Shown: positions 1 to 12,329, counted from the first letter of the stretch. The stretch: DNA of 64,000 nt from Parasitella parasitica NRRL 2501 (GCA_025201805.1 MU619339.1:52245-116244); one strand, 5' to 3'. Program-made: numbers and translations. Notes: generated by a model not told the origin, from the letters alone.

Positions 1-190
1 AGGATTCTTGCCTCAGCAGCAGCAACAACAACAGCAACAGCAACCGGTCGGTAATAGCATTTTTACTCCCCAAGGCTCAATGCAATGTAAGTGGAAATAT
101 ATCTGTTTTTATATAGTTTTCTAATGGTGATTTTTATCTCTCTCCCTAGATGGCCAGTCTGCTTTTCCTAACAACCAGCGTCCCTGGTAG
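1..190 (+). CDS. 3' end of a gene with a Q-rich C-terminus (partial, begins before the window)
   Basis: Frame GFLPQQQQQQQQQQPVGNSIFTPQGSMQ, then GTAAGT...CTAG intron 87-149, then YGQSAFPNNQRPW* (TAG 188-190). Confidence 0.6.
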
Positions 191-815
191 ATTCATTATC
201 AAACTATAATAAAGTCTCATCTTCCATATATCAGCCTGCTTGATAGCATTTGTCTTTAAAACCTGAGAGTTGTATCCCTTCGAATCAAGCTTGAATATAA
301 CATCGCTACTTTGCAATTTTCAACCTTAATGAAAGCCAGATCCCTTTTTCGTGTAGTTTGTGGCTAATGCTAATTTAGTAATGTCAATCAGACTTTAATG
401 TTGTTTAGCAAGACTTATTCAATACACTGAGAGGCTCATTGCTAATACTTTAGGCAAAATTTATTGTGCGTAAACGAAAGTATGTCGTCTTTTCACTGTG
501 CTATAATATATGCATTTTTCTGGCTAAATCTCATTTTACTTGATTCATTAAAAGCTTAATATAGTTGTCAGTTATCAGTTGCCAGCTTTCGACAAAAGAA
601 ACCTAGTGCAAGCAAAGACCAAATCTCAGTGGAAAAAAAAATCACTATAATTATGTTGCTAAATAATGCTTCTTTGTTTTATAAACGACAAATGTTGCCA
701 ACTGCCGTGCAGCAATCTACCTGGTACTCTTTGTTCTTCCGAGTATAAATACAAGTCTACATTTGATGTATGTGGTCTCTATAAACCTCTTGTATTTTTA
801 CGGATATACATTGAA

Positions 816-1432
816 ATGCACCCGAAATTGGTCTGTAGTATCTGCCTGGACGACATGTTTAAAGACGAGGCAATTGTTTCGCTTCCTTGCGGCCATATTT
901 TTGGAGAGTCGTGGTAAACAAAACAGCAAATATACAAACAAACAAATGTTAAAATACGTCATTTAGCATCAAAGAATATATGCGTGCCTCTTCAACACAT
1001 AAATGTCCTCTTTGCCAAACAAGCTATCGTTCTGGAAAACTCCAGCGTATTTATATTTCCCTTGAAGAGAATGCCAATTGCTACAAAGAGCAATGCGATG
1101 AACTTTCCGAGAAGACCGAGACGTTGACTAAACATTGCTTGATGATGGCCCGATTGAGTAAGATGTTGGTGCACAACGCCGCCATAGCAGAGGAAGCAAA
1201 TGCAGTTTTAGATGAGATCGTGAAAGGCGTAAACGAGACTCTGGAAATAGGAGATGAATCTGCTGAAGCAAGTATTGAAGTTACTGAAGTAGTAAGCTCC
1301 CTTGCACGACAAGTGGCAAATCTCTCTACTGAACCTAAAGCCAACAAGCAAGCAACTACGGTTGGTCCAGCAGCAAGCAAAGTAGTGCGCATACCAAGAA
1401 CATTTCGTCAGCTTTTTAAAAAGACCAAATAA
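816..1432 (+). CDS. RING (C3HGC3 variant) + coiled-coil protein, putative E3 ligase; 2 exons (816-913, 967-1432), 187 aa
   Basis: Splicing TG|GTAAAC...TTTAG|C gives MHPKLVCSICLDDMFKDEAIVSLPCGHIFGESCIKEYMRASSTHKCPLCQTSYRSGKLQRIYISL followed by a helical, heptad-like tail. Spliced length 564 nt is in frame. Confidence 0.85.
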
Positions 1433-1479
1433 AACAATATAAAGTAAAAAAAATGTCAAAAGTTGGTTTTTGTGATTGA

Positions 1480-2250
1480 GGGATGGAAATACAATACCAA
1501 TTGGCGGTTTTCCACTTGGTGCATTCAGTTTAAAAGTAGAGGCCAGCAAGAGCTTAAATTTTGCAGGCATGATAATAACGCCATCAACCTTTAAACGAAT
1601 TTGCCAAAAAAGAAACCTCACCCCCTTGTATTCGTTTCGATGTTCATCTTTGGTTTTTAAGTAATTACATGTTGTTTTAAAAGGCCTCTGCTTATCAATA
1701 GAGCGTTGATCTAATGATGGCTTGTAAACATCATTCACAATAATGGAATGCCAATGTTTAACACTTGAATGAAAGTTTTACCAAGGTATTAAGTACTTTC
1801 TTTAGTATTATCATCTTTAAATTAATTGTGGTTAAATTAAATGAGCACAATCTTGTATCGTGAACATTGTAAGGTTAGATCTCATCTCAATTCCAATAGT
1901 AACACTGACAATCAAATAGAATTGTATAAGACGTAGAAACCAGGACCAAAGCAATTCTTGCTTCCTTTCCCAATCAACAGCAAAATCCCTACGTCTGCCT
2001 GAAATAATCACTTATGTCCCTTTATTTATTGTTTTTGGAAATAACTCCCACATTGTCATAAATCAAGAACCCCATTTTTTCCTTCTATGCTGAAGCTTAT
2101 CAAAGCAATTGTAACAAATGCGTAATCTAAGAATCCTGCCCTTGATTATATCAAGATACTTTTACGACTTGATATCAAATGAAAAAGATATTGTATTGTC
2201 GAACTCGTCTTCATAATGATTTCATGTCTAGTATCAATAAATGGCGCCGC
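1480..2250 (-). pseudogene. Decayed fragment resembling the catalytic end of a PD-(D/E)xK (Crinkler-like) gene
   Basis: Frameshifted remnants GEVSFLANSF / KVDGVIIMPAKFKLLL resemble a GE...kvDG...E core; many stops. Confidence 0.3.
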
Positions 2251-2254
2251 AAGA

Positions 2255-2938
2255 TTACGCTAGAACTGACAACCGAAATGTTTTGGCAGAAGCTTTGGCA
2301 TTACTAAATGATTGTCCGTCATGAAGTTTAAACTGGTTGGCAAAAGAAGCAAATGAGACGGCCGAATCTTCTAAAGGAGCAGGACTACAAACAGGAACAA
2401 AGAATGGCTGGAACTTCAGTTGTCTGGTAGCTAAACCTTTGAAGATCGTGGAAGGCGCACGCTTCCAAGTCAGCAAAGAAGGATCCCGAGTGTCTTTCCA
2501 ATGAATAAAATTGATACGGGAGTCGTATTGAAATACATCGGAAACCAGCATTTGTTTAGCCTTGACCGGAACTGAGAACGACGAAGAGGCTGGGACATAA
2601 AAGGCAACTCGTAGTGGCAGAACCATAGCAGTTGCAGTATTGAGGCGAGCAAAATCAAATGTATGTAGAACTAAATCTACAGCCTTATATATCATGTCGA
2701 CAGTACTGGTTCTTTGTTTCCTCAATCCTTGGGAGCGAGAGATAGGGAATAGCAGAGGAATATGATGGTACTTACAGCCATTGACATTACGGAGATGATA
2801 ACTAAGCAGATAATAGACGGGATGTGAGTCGATGGTAGCTTGATCGTGCGCTAGTAAAGGTTGTAGCCAATGAAAGTACAAAGCCGAGGCCTGTATCTCT
2901 ATATTCACCACTCCTAAACCTCCTTGCTCTTTCGGTAA
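2255..2938 (-). mobile_element. L1/Tx1-like LINE ORF2 fragment (region downstream of the RT domain)
   Basis: Minus-strand frame begins LPKEQGGLGVVNIEIQASALYFHWLQPLL, the LPKxxGGLG motif that follows the RT domain of L1-clade ORF2. No RT or endonuclease core is present. Confidence 0.75.
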
Positions 2939-2940
2939 TA

Positions 2941-4040
2941 GATTTCAGTATTGTAAAAGAGAACTTCAAGGAGATCAGCCCAAATTTTGATCATAATGTC
3001 AGCTTCTGACGGGGTTGGCTTCGAGAGAGTAAACAGTGATTTATGTTTCATCATCTTATCAATAATAATGAATAAGTTCTTAATCATTCAAGTAATTGTT
3101 TTCAAGATGTTATAAACTTACATAAGCCAGACCAGTTCATAACCCATTTTTTCATTTAATTTAGGAGCTTTTCTTTGATAATCTTTTTGCATTCCACTAA
3201 CACCCTTTGGCATCATGATAGTTCTATAACAACGGTAGTTATGTATTTTATGTAACTAAATGGTTGTGTTTGACGCATACCTTAAATACGTTGTCGATCT
3301 TTCGCAATGCCGGTCTGGATTCAATCAAATCATTGGATGGGGATGTAGAGAATAAAGTTTTGATTTCATTCCAGTTTTCTTGAGAAAATAATAAATGTTG
3401 GTCTATTAAGCTGCCATATGTAAGGTCAAGTATGCAGTTCAGGCCACAGCTTTGTTAAAAAAAGTTGCTATTTTTTGTGTTCTGTTTGCCAGCCGGAATA
3501 AACTCCAGTGAATGAAGGTAGGCTTTTCCCTGGAGACATATGGCTCGCAGATGGGAACTGATGTTAGTAAATGCACTTAAGTAGACGGGCAGCACTAGTA
3601 CTAGTTGGGGTTTACTAAAAAGAACAATTCAACTTGTTCCACTGCTGGCGGTTGAAGTCAACTCTCTAACCCTACTCCACAAGCGCGATGTCAGATGGGT
3701 TTAATGACTCGTAGTTAATGTGCTTCTTCATCGCTGCACGCTTAATTATTGTTGCAACTGACAAATCATTGTTGTTAACTTCAAGATGATCTTTACCAGT
3801 ATACTATAAAAATGTCAAAATTTTAATTTTAATTGAAAATGATATTTGTAAAATATGTTGACCTGTTCGGCTTCTTTTTTTCTTTTATTGATTTGTTTTG
3901 CAGAGTCCTCTGTAGAGATGGGAAGAGAGCCGGTGGAAGAAAATGTGGTTGAACTGAAAGCTGCTGCTTTCTTTTTGTTTACTTGCTCAAGAAAATTTTG
4001 TACGGTGAGGTTACTAAATATTGCTTCCTGAAATGCAGTT
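2941..4040 (-). pseudogene. Decayed multi-exon Crinkler-like gene, related to 8540-10767, truncated at the LINE fragment
   Basis: Remnant exons SCGLNCILDLTYGSLIDQHLLFSQENWNEIK and PSEADIMIKIWADLLEVLFYNTEI parallel ESELTCYRKTAYVLDILFRSTPL of the intact gene. Contains in-frame stops. Confidence 0.5.
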
Positions 4041-4389
4041 TATTTCAGTCTAAGCAATGCAAATATAAAAAGGTCAAGGAGTAATAGCGGAGACGCGTGA
4101 ATAAACTGAAGAGGTACCTCTGGGTTCATTTTGGTTTGCAGAAAAGAAGAGATTTCCCGCGCCAAAAAAAAAGTCTACAACACTGAAAAAAAAAAAAAAA
4201 AACTGTGTATGGGAAGGAATTTGCTTTTCGTTTATCCACAGCTTGTTGACTCAAACCTTTCCAGGCACAACTATCTCTGATATTGATGTTTTCTTGGTGA
4301 TAACCTGCCATCTCCATGATAGTAAACTGGATGCCAAAAATACAATTGCGATGGATAGACTCGGATCTTTTGTTTCTTGAGTGAACACT

Positions 4390-4687
4390 GATATACCACT
4401 ATACATTCCACGTTATTCGTCTGAACTCAATCCCATCGAGATGTTATGGAAAGTGTGGAAGGGCCGAATGAAAAAGTGAATTATAGATGCAGAGGCACTT
4501 CAAGAACAATTGAAGGCAACGAGGATGCTCCCGTTGAACATATACAAAGTTTCATCCAGCACTCTATTGATGTATTCCCTAAATGCTTTAATAAAGAACC
4601 TCTGTAATCATTTTATTATTTAGTTAAATTACTTTCTAGAAATGCTGGTCAAATTAGTCTCATTTTTTTGGGCAATTTTACCTCGTA
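4390..4687 (+). mobile_element. Tc1/IS630-like transposase C-terminal relic with probable right terminus
   Basis: PLYIPRYSSELNPIEMLWKVWK matches LPPYSPELNPIExxW. Frameshifted C-terminus EHIQSFIQHSIDVFPKCFNKEPL* (stop 4607). Ends in CCTCGTA (reverse complement TACGAGG, TIR-like, with TA). Confidence 0.75.
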
Positions 4688-4943
4688 CAAGTGTCCAAAG
4701 TGGGTGGAATTTTCAAGAATTTGGTAAATTGAGAGTGGAAGTGTAGTATGTGTAACTTGGAACATAGGAGGAACTGTCCAATGAAATTTACGGACGATTT
4801 CACCATCTTTCGAGTTTACAAGTGGTTAAGAAACGAAGCTATTACATGTTAAAAGGAGAAAGGGAATGTTTCTCTTCTTTTTCGCTTTTCTTTACATTTA
4901 ATTTTACTACATATTTATTTTCTGCGATTTTTTTTATCATATA

Positions 4944-5861
4944 TTAGTCCTGTATACGTTGACCACCAATGGAGTAAAATGAACAGATCCCGCTACTTCG
5001 TGCCTTGCCAGTGTTCTCTTCAAATGTCTTGCACATTTTATAAGGTGGTGTGTATAAATGAAGAGACACAGCGCCCTTTTCTGCGCTTGGGTTTGATATA
5101 CGATGTAAGCCGATCCTGTCTATTAGATATGCATTAGCTTACTAACTAACACTTGTTTTACAGAATCGTACCATGTACATAGGTGACTTGGTTTGGCTGG
5201 TACACTGTATCTCTGGATATAGCCAATGGCTTGCCATGTAACTGCTGATCTGCACAAAGCGACGAAGAAGAGGCCGAGCCTTCGGTGATATCAGCACTGA
5301 TTGGAACATCATCCTGCTGCTCACCTGACGACGGCCAACGGAACAATGTTTCTTGCAATTCTCCGTCAAGGATTTTCATAACACAATGTGATCCTGAATG
5401 ATCATGAATCGGACTAGAGGCAACAACAAATGTTAGTGATGATAGCATAGCGCATCAAAGTAGAATTTTTCCCACCTTTTTTGGCCTTTGCTCCAGGCTA
5501 AGATCATTAGATTGAACTAGATAGATGCAGTGTTTATATCAGCAAAGCATGGAATGTACTATATACATCAGTTTCACTTTACCTTGCCATTGCCATCATC
5601 AATCAAGTTTCGTGTGTACGCTCTGGAATGGTCAAACAATGTATATTGGTTCCAATCGATGGAATTGGAGCTGTATTTCTCCATCAACTGGATTATCTTT
5701 TGCGCATCAATCCGGTCAGAATCAAGGCCTTCATCGCCCAGTACGTCGTGGATAGATTGGATAAGGTTAGATAATTTGAAATCATCATCTTTTGCATCTG
5801 CAGTAGCTGTCGATGCATAGGAAGCAGACTCGATATGGAGAGGTTCTTGAGGAGGAGACAT
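4944..5861 (-). CDS. CDO1: Cysteine dioxygenase type I; 4 exons (5583-5861, 5476-5516, 5172-5413, 4944-5119)
   Basis: [52 protein letters not shown]: the three His ligands and the Cys/Tyr cross-link residues are present; canonical GT-AG introns. Confidence 0.95.
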
Positions 5862-7212
5862 TTTCTTTTTTGCGGTGTAGAGGGAAAGAAGAGAAAGAGA
5901 GAGATGAATGATAAGCACCTATATATACACCCAGCATATCCGGATATACCCTCTATCGTATCGTATATATATCACACACACACGCACACACATATATATA
6001 CGTACACCAGCTACACACACAAAGCCTCCTGGCTCAGTTCATTAAGGGGACTTGATTTCTTATCAGAATTGCACTAATCAGTAAATTCCTGTTATACACA
6101 AGCAGCAACATGATGGAACAAATTTATGCTTATTTACAAAGGAACCAAACCCAATAGAGGTAGGACAACTGTTAATTTGAAGAATATTTTCCCGAATTCG
6201 GTGCCTCAGTCCATTTTCCCACCCTACTTCTCGCCCTCTCGCTCTTATTATCTCAAGCAGAAGCGTCATTTCCATAATGTAGTATGCAGCAAACACTACA
6301 TATTTAAGGGGGAAAGAAAGGAAGGAGCCAGGCAGCTCTTCTTTTTTTTATTGAACACGGCGAAGACAAATTAGAGGTAAGCGAAAGTAGGCGTATTAGC
6401 AGCATATATGGAGGGGTGTGTGTGGTGATGTTTTGTTTTAGGCTATATACGGTATAAATAAAAAAAGAAATTTTTCGTTTGTTTTGAACGTTAAATTTTT
6501 ACACCAGAAACAAGGTTGTCAAACGCTTAGGAAAGGGATCCCATGATTATCAATGACATACTTGATTGCTTTAAACACACTAACAACCAGCCTTGCCATT
6601 CACCAACATGCCACATTTATACAAACAATGGATTGTTTTTTAGTGCGATATTATACCAAATATTAATAAGGGGACAAAGGAAGAGGCAGTTTATGGAAAT
6701 CCGTTTGTAAAAAGACTGACCATTGTCACCATGTTTGCTTGTTTTACTAACGTATATCATGCAAATCAAAAATATAATGTCATGTAGCCATATATGATTG
6801 TTACATCCTGAAGATCTGCCTCCTGCTTTATCTTTTCTTCGTACTTGGATTTTCGCTTCTTTTCATCAGAAAAAAGCTTTCGTCTTCCATGTCTTGTGTC
6901 ATTGAGATATCGCAATTTGTCATTCACTGTTTGCCTTTATGCTTTTTTCGAAGCTTGCCTAATTTGATTTCAGTCTTCTTCAACTTGATAGAATGGTCTT
7001 AATCGGGAGATAAATGGATCAACAATGTTTTCGGACCACATAATACGAAGATTCGTGTAATACTGTTGGCGAACCATCTTCATAACGTGTGAGGACTATT
7101 TTTTATGTGCGTTGGCTTCATCACTGTCTTCATCTTCGCTATCTTCACTGTCTTCATCATCATTGCTATCATCATTTTTCTCTTGTAAATCCAAAAGAGA
7201 CTCGAAGTTCTT

Positions 7213-8350
7213 TTCCACAAACCCTGTCCAGCATTCATAATTCTTCTTTGGATTCCAGCCTTTTTATTCAGTGTATATACAGTGTTTAACACTATTGTGA
7301 TTTTTCCTGGAATCCTGATTTTTGCTTCTGCTTCTTGCACTACACCTTTGGCTATTCTAGTACTATTCAATAAAGAGATTTACAGCTCATCATAGTCTCC
7401 GTTTTTCTTTCTGCAATGTACAATTGAGCGCAGAAGACAGATTCGAAATTATCACTGCAGGGCATTCCAGTAATCTGTTTTCTCTTCGGATGTCTGGACT
7501 TTGCTTCGAAGCCCACTGAATGGCTTTAGAAACGAAGTTGAAGGGTTGATGATGATTGAGCCTGCAACATGACATTCTAACTGTCTTTTTTTAAACTTCA
7601 TGTTTGGTGGCAGGCGTACAATAAAGTTAAGAAAGAAAAAAAAAAGAAGAGACTTTAAAATCTTGTCTTCTTTGCTAGTTTTGGATGGGATGTAGTGTTT
7701 GGAACCAGTTTTTACCTGTGTTGATCCAAATTCTCAATTTGTCAATCTATTGTATCCTTTGCCTGCCAAAGCAAACTTGTAGCAGCAATTTCAGAAATTG
7801 CTGGTTTGTTATCAATGTTTAGGTTATGCCTTGTTGCTGTCTTGTTGCTGTCTTAGTCGTTGATTTTGCTGCTGCAACTGAAAAGATATTGCATTTAACA
7901 GGGAATTGCGGGGAGATGTATGCCCAACTTCTTTGTTATGATTGTTGTTGCTTGTATGCATCATGAAAGTAAATTGGCTGTTCAAGTGCTAATTAGTTCG
8001 CAAGACAGACTGATCTGACATTTGTTCTTCTTGATCATCAATAGCAGTAAGGCGTCTTTTGCGACGATAAAAGCGGATTACATAGATGGCATATTATTAA
8101 CAAAATCAAATGCGAAAAATAGAGGTTTGATATGTATTTTTTCAATAGAATAAAACGAAGGTTTAGAGATGATTTCTAACTTCAGGGCTCTGATAATAAA
8201 CGATATTTCCGGATTGAATCGAATTGTACTCAAGACAAGGTAAGGGCAAGTCAGACTTAATTTTATTGTCTCAAATGCAAAAAAAAAAAAAAAAAATATT
8301 CAATATCATCACTCACTTATCTAAGGGTTTTTGATTTTTTTCAAATTTTG
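7213..8350 (-). repeat. Dispersed repeat (degenerate element with coding remnants), copy 1; inverted relative to 43050-44153
   Basis: Reverse complement matches 43050-44153, e.g. the MSC.RL.HHQPFNFVSK..WASKQSPDIRRENRLLEC segment and CTCAAGACAAGGTA / TACCTTGTCTTGAG. Coding remnants continue to about 6800 in this copy. Confidence 0.85.
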
Positions 8351-8539
8351 TTTTAACGATGCACGATACTGTGCTTCCACAACTTTTTGAAGTTGGATTT
8401 CCTAGTAATAAAAACTTATTTGACCCAAACTAATGGTTAAAAAGATGTCACAGATATTCTTTATTTAAGCACATTAATACAAGGACTTATTCTTTACTGA
8501 TAAGATTGAATTTTTTTTGAGATGATTTGAAGATAGAGA

Positions 8540-10767
8540 TTAATTTTTTTTTTCTCGCTTCTTTTTAGGGGTGAAGAAAGTCATTGGCGCACGGCGTACT
8601 GAACGCTCATTATATGAACCAGTCATCATTTTCAATTGGTCTTCAATTACTTTTCTTTCTAAAGCTGGTGTCACTACGTCCAACAAATCCAAATTGTGTT
8701 GCTTAAACATATACAGCAAATTTAAAGTATTTTTAAACATCTCCAATACGTTCATAGTTTGAGGGAGAACAAGATCACCGACGATATTTACACAATGTAC
8801 ATCGGATACTTGTGTAAGAGAAAACATCACACCGATGAAACCTATGTTTCAATTTAGTTTATGGCAGAAATAAAATCATCCATAAAAAAATGCAACTTAC
8901 CGACCCAGTCCATTCCCAAAAGGAACAAGTTATCATGACCAACAAGTTTAGAAAGCTTGTGCAACATTGCACTGTTTGTACGGATATTTTTGATTCGCTG
9001 CTGTTCAATAATCTTTGCTGTTGTGGATGGCTTCTTCCACTCTGAGCTACACATTTCTACCTCGGACCCTTTGATGATTAAATCAATCTTTCTTCCAATC
9101 AGATCCTTCTTCTCGTCATCATCATCAACCGCTCTCATATTGACATTTCGAGCGTCCTTTGTTGCTTCAGAGCTGTGCTCGCCGCTATACACAAAGTAAA
9201 AAGTTTTAATATCATAATGATAAAATAATGGGCTGCTTGAGGTAAACTTACTCAATCAAATTCAAGGGGGTGCTTCTAAACAGGATGTCTAGAACGTAAG
9301 CTGTTTTTCGGTAACATGTTAACTCGCTTTCTTTAGTTGATTTGGCTTCGAAGTTCATGATCAGGTAATCTAACACATCCAACGTCTTTACTAGTTCTTT
9401 GTCATGGTCCTTTATCACCAGCAGATCAGCTTTCATTCTGGAAACCCCAGCTCTCACCAGGTCAGCGTCATTGTTCGGATACTACATGTAAAAATATTAT
9501 CCGATCAGCAAATCGCATTACAGAGTGTTTACAATTCTGGTATTTACCGCAACCAAATCATTGATGATCCCTCGTATTTTCTCGGTCAAGCCATCTGGTA
9601 ATTTTGGAACCATCGCCTTGGCTTCTTCATACAATGCTTTAATATCAGCACCTTGTCGGTTGAAGAACTCGTCAAATACTACTAATGTACTACCATCAAA
9701 GTATATGATATGGCTCAGAGACAACCTAAATTAAAAGAATGTTACTGAAGTGTAGTCTTCATGTAAAAATTGGGAAATTTACTTCAGAGCGTTTGTTTCA
9801 GCTGAATTTTTTTTTTTTGATAGGAGTTCATACGACAAAACATCCAAAGCTTCTGCCAGTGTTTTCGGCTGGTGGTTTACGATCTTAAGGTTTAAATTTC
9901 TTATCGTTTCCATATATACAGCACCGTGTTTGAACTGTAAAAATAAATATTTATGTAAGAGCTTGTACAAAATACAGAATGATCATTTTTCACTTACATA
10001 ATCATATCCAGCTTTGAAAATTAATGACCGAAAATCCTACATAAACGTTTCAGTTTAGTATGAATGAAGTAATCATAAGAGACAGAAAAAAATTAACTAC
10101 ATTTACGGCAGCTATAACCTTTTCCTCTTCATCCTCTTCATCCTCTTCATCCTCTTCATCCTCTTCATCCTCTTCATCCTCTTCGTCCTCTTCTGCAAAT
10201 ATGTCTGTCTTTTTTCCTGTAATTAATGAAATAAGATAAAGGTGTGAAGTTTTGAAAGAAAAGAAAAAACTGGGCATTTACCTTTATTCTTTGTAATTGG
10301 TTGTTGTTGTTGTTGTTGTATTGATGATATTGCTTGCTGTTTCTGTTGCTGCTGTTGTTGCTGTATTGTTGATTGTGTAGGTGCCTATGGTTGTTGTTTT
10401 CAATCAATTTAGTGCGCAGCTTAGGCGTATTTCTGTTTTTATTTTTTACCTGGTTCACGGTTTGACGCGTGGATATGTAGTTTGTTTGTGAAAGAGCTTG
10501 GAGGAGCATTTTTGGCTCAGGAGTATGCGGCTGAGAAGCACTTTGGGTCGATTTCTCATATTTTTTAAGAAGATTGCTCCAATTTTCAATCCACTTTTTA
10601 CTTGTGGGAATGTCGTCGAAATTGGTTTTTAAGAGGTTGTTCAAATAAGAGAAGGCACTGTTATTATTGTAATCTCGCTCTTCCTTGATAAGATCGATGC
10701 ACACTTGAAAATCCCACGTCGCGAAATTAGTGTTTGTTAAATAATTAAGGATAGTTTGAGGACTCAT
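8540..10767 (-). CDS. Apparently intact 9-exon protein: N-terminal helical header, Q-rich and (EDE)n linkers, C-terminal PD-(D/E)xK-like nuclease domain (Crinkler/CR-effector-like)
   Basis: Eight GT-AG introns join in compatible phases by hand. C-terminal DGEHSSEATK...GRKIDLIIK...EMCSSEWKK...KNIRTN...LGMDWVG fits an E...D...ExK restriction-endonuclease-fold pattern. Family assignment is from motif recognition only. Confidence 0.7.
10124..10192. repeat. (TCTTCATCC)n coding repeat giving an EDE tract
   Basis: About 7 tandem 9-mers inside exon 3 of the 8540-10767 gene. Confidence 0.9.
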
Positions 10768-10937
10768 TTTGAAAGCGATTTGCCAAGAGATGAGTTGACC
10801 AAGTTTGTTTTAAAAAAAAAGGAATCATCTTTGGAGGAATACTGCGCGCACACCAGAACGGCACACCAAGGTTAATTTGATGACGTAAAAATCGATTTCA
10901 TTAATAATTAGAATTAACACCCTTGTTGATACTATCT

Positions 10938-11837
10938 TATGTTCTTCTGTTTCATTGTAGCAAAAGGCTTTTGCCGCGGACACGAAGGTTCCTTGGGTTC
11001 CGTTTCTTTTAAAGAGCTGAGGCCCCTTGGGTCTGTCCGACTGAGGCAGCTTCTTGATAACGTGGAATAATGACTCAAAGTCATCCGTTATCAACGGGCT
11101 TCCTGAAATCCATTGATGGGAAGGAAAGGTACTTTGTTGAAATGGAAATATACAAATAAATACATACAAAGGTACGTACCCTACACTAAAAAAAAAGAAT
11201 AGATGGCTAACACTCAAAAAAAGCGAATGATAAAAGGACATTCTCGAATAATTGCTTATCAACTTGTTTGAACAACTATATTATAACTATGTTCTTCTGT
11301 TTCATTGTAGCAAAAGGCTTTTGCCGCGGACACGAAGGTTCCTTGGGTTCCGTTTCTTTTAAAGAGCTGAGGCCCCTTGGGTCTGTCCGACTGAGGCAGC
11401 TTCTGGATAACGTGGAATAATGACTCAAAGTCATCCGTTATCAACGGGCTTCCTGAAATCCATTGATGGGAAGGAAAGGTACTTTGTTGAAATGGAAATA
11501 TACAAATAAATACATACAAAGGTACGTACCCTACACTAAAAAAAAAGAATAGATGGCTAACACTCAAAAAAAGCGAATGATAAAAGGACATTCTCGAATA
11601 ATTGCTTATCAACTTGTTTGAACAACTATATTATAACTATGTTCTTCTGTTTCATTGTAGCAAAAGGCTTTTGCCGCGGACACGAAGGTTCCTTGGGTTC
11701 CGTTTCTTTTTAAAGAGATGAGGCCCCTTGGGTCTGTCCGACTGAGGCAGCTTCTTGATAACGTGGAATAATGACTCAAAGTCATCCGTTATCAACGGGC
11801 TTCCTGAAATCCATTGATGGGAAGGAAAGGTACTTTG
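10938..11837. repeat. Near-perfect tandem repeat, 350-bp period, about 2.6 copies
   Basis: Units start at 10938, 11288 and 11638 (TATGTTCTTCTGTTTCATTGTAGC). I see only isolated differences (TTCTTGATAA vs TTCTGGATAA; a 1-nt insertion and a substitution in unit 3). Confidence 0.95.
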
Positions 11838-12329
11838 AGATATGATCAGATTGGACATATTATTGTAGCTGCTCGCCAGTTGTTTGTTATTATTTCGAGT
11901 GTCCTTGCATATTTACCTGGCAAGTATAAATGTAATAGAGTCGCTTATTTTTATTTTTTTGGTAAATTCGTTTTCTTTTTCTTTTAGTTAACTTCATCAG
12001 CAAGATAAAAGTGGTGCGGGTCATTAGTGTGTCAAGAACTTTCTAGCTACAAGTATCCATGAAGACAATGGTATCATGTAAATCAAGTCTTATAAATATA
12101 GTTGACCTCAAGATATTGAAAATATGCTTGGTAATATACTAACTTAAAAAAAAAAGAAGAAATATATTCATTAAAAACTAATGATGTTTGTTATCTTTAA
12201 TAGTTTCTAATCTCTTCATTATGATCTTGTCGAGTAACCAACTTCTATAAATTGCTGCAGTACAATGAGAAGCCAAAATAACCCCCAATCGTATCAATTA
12301 AGAATAAATCCTTAACAAAATAGGACATG

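Noticed and set aside
10938-11837. Repeat-spacer-repeat layout as a CRISPR-like array
   Set aside because: The spacers match each other, the units are 350 bp, the context is eukaryotic and there are no cas genes; it is a simple tandem duplication.
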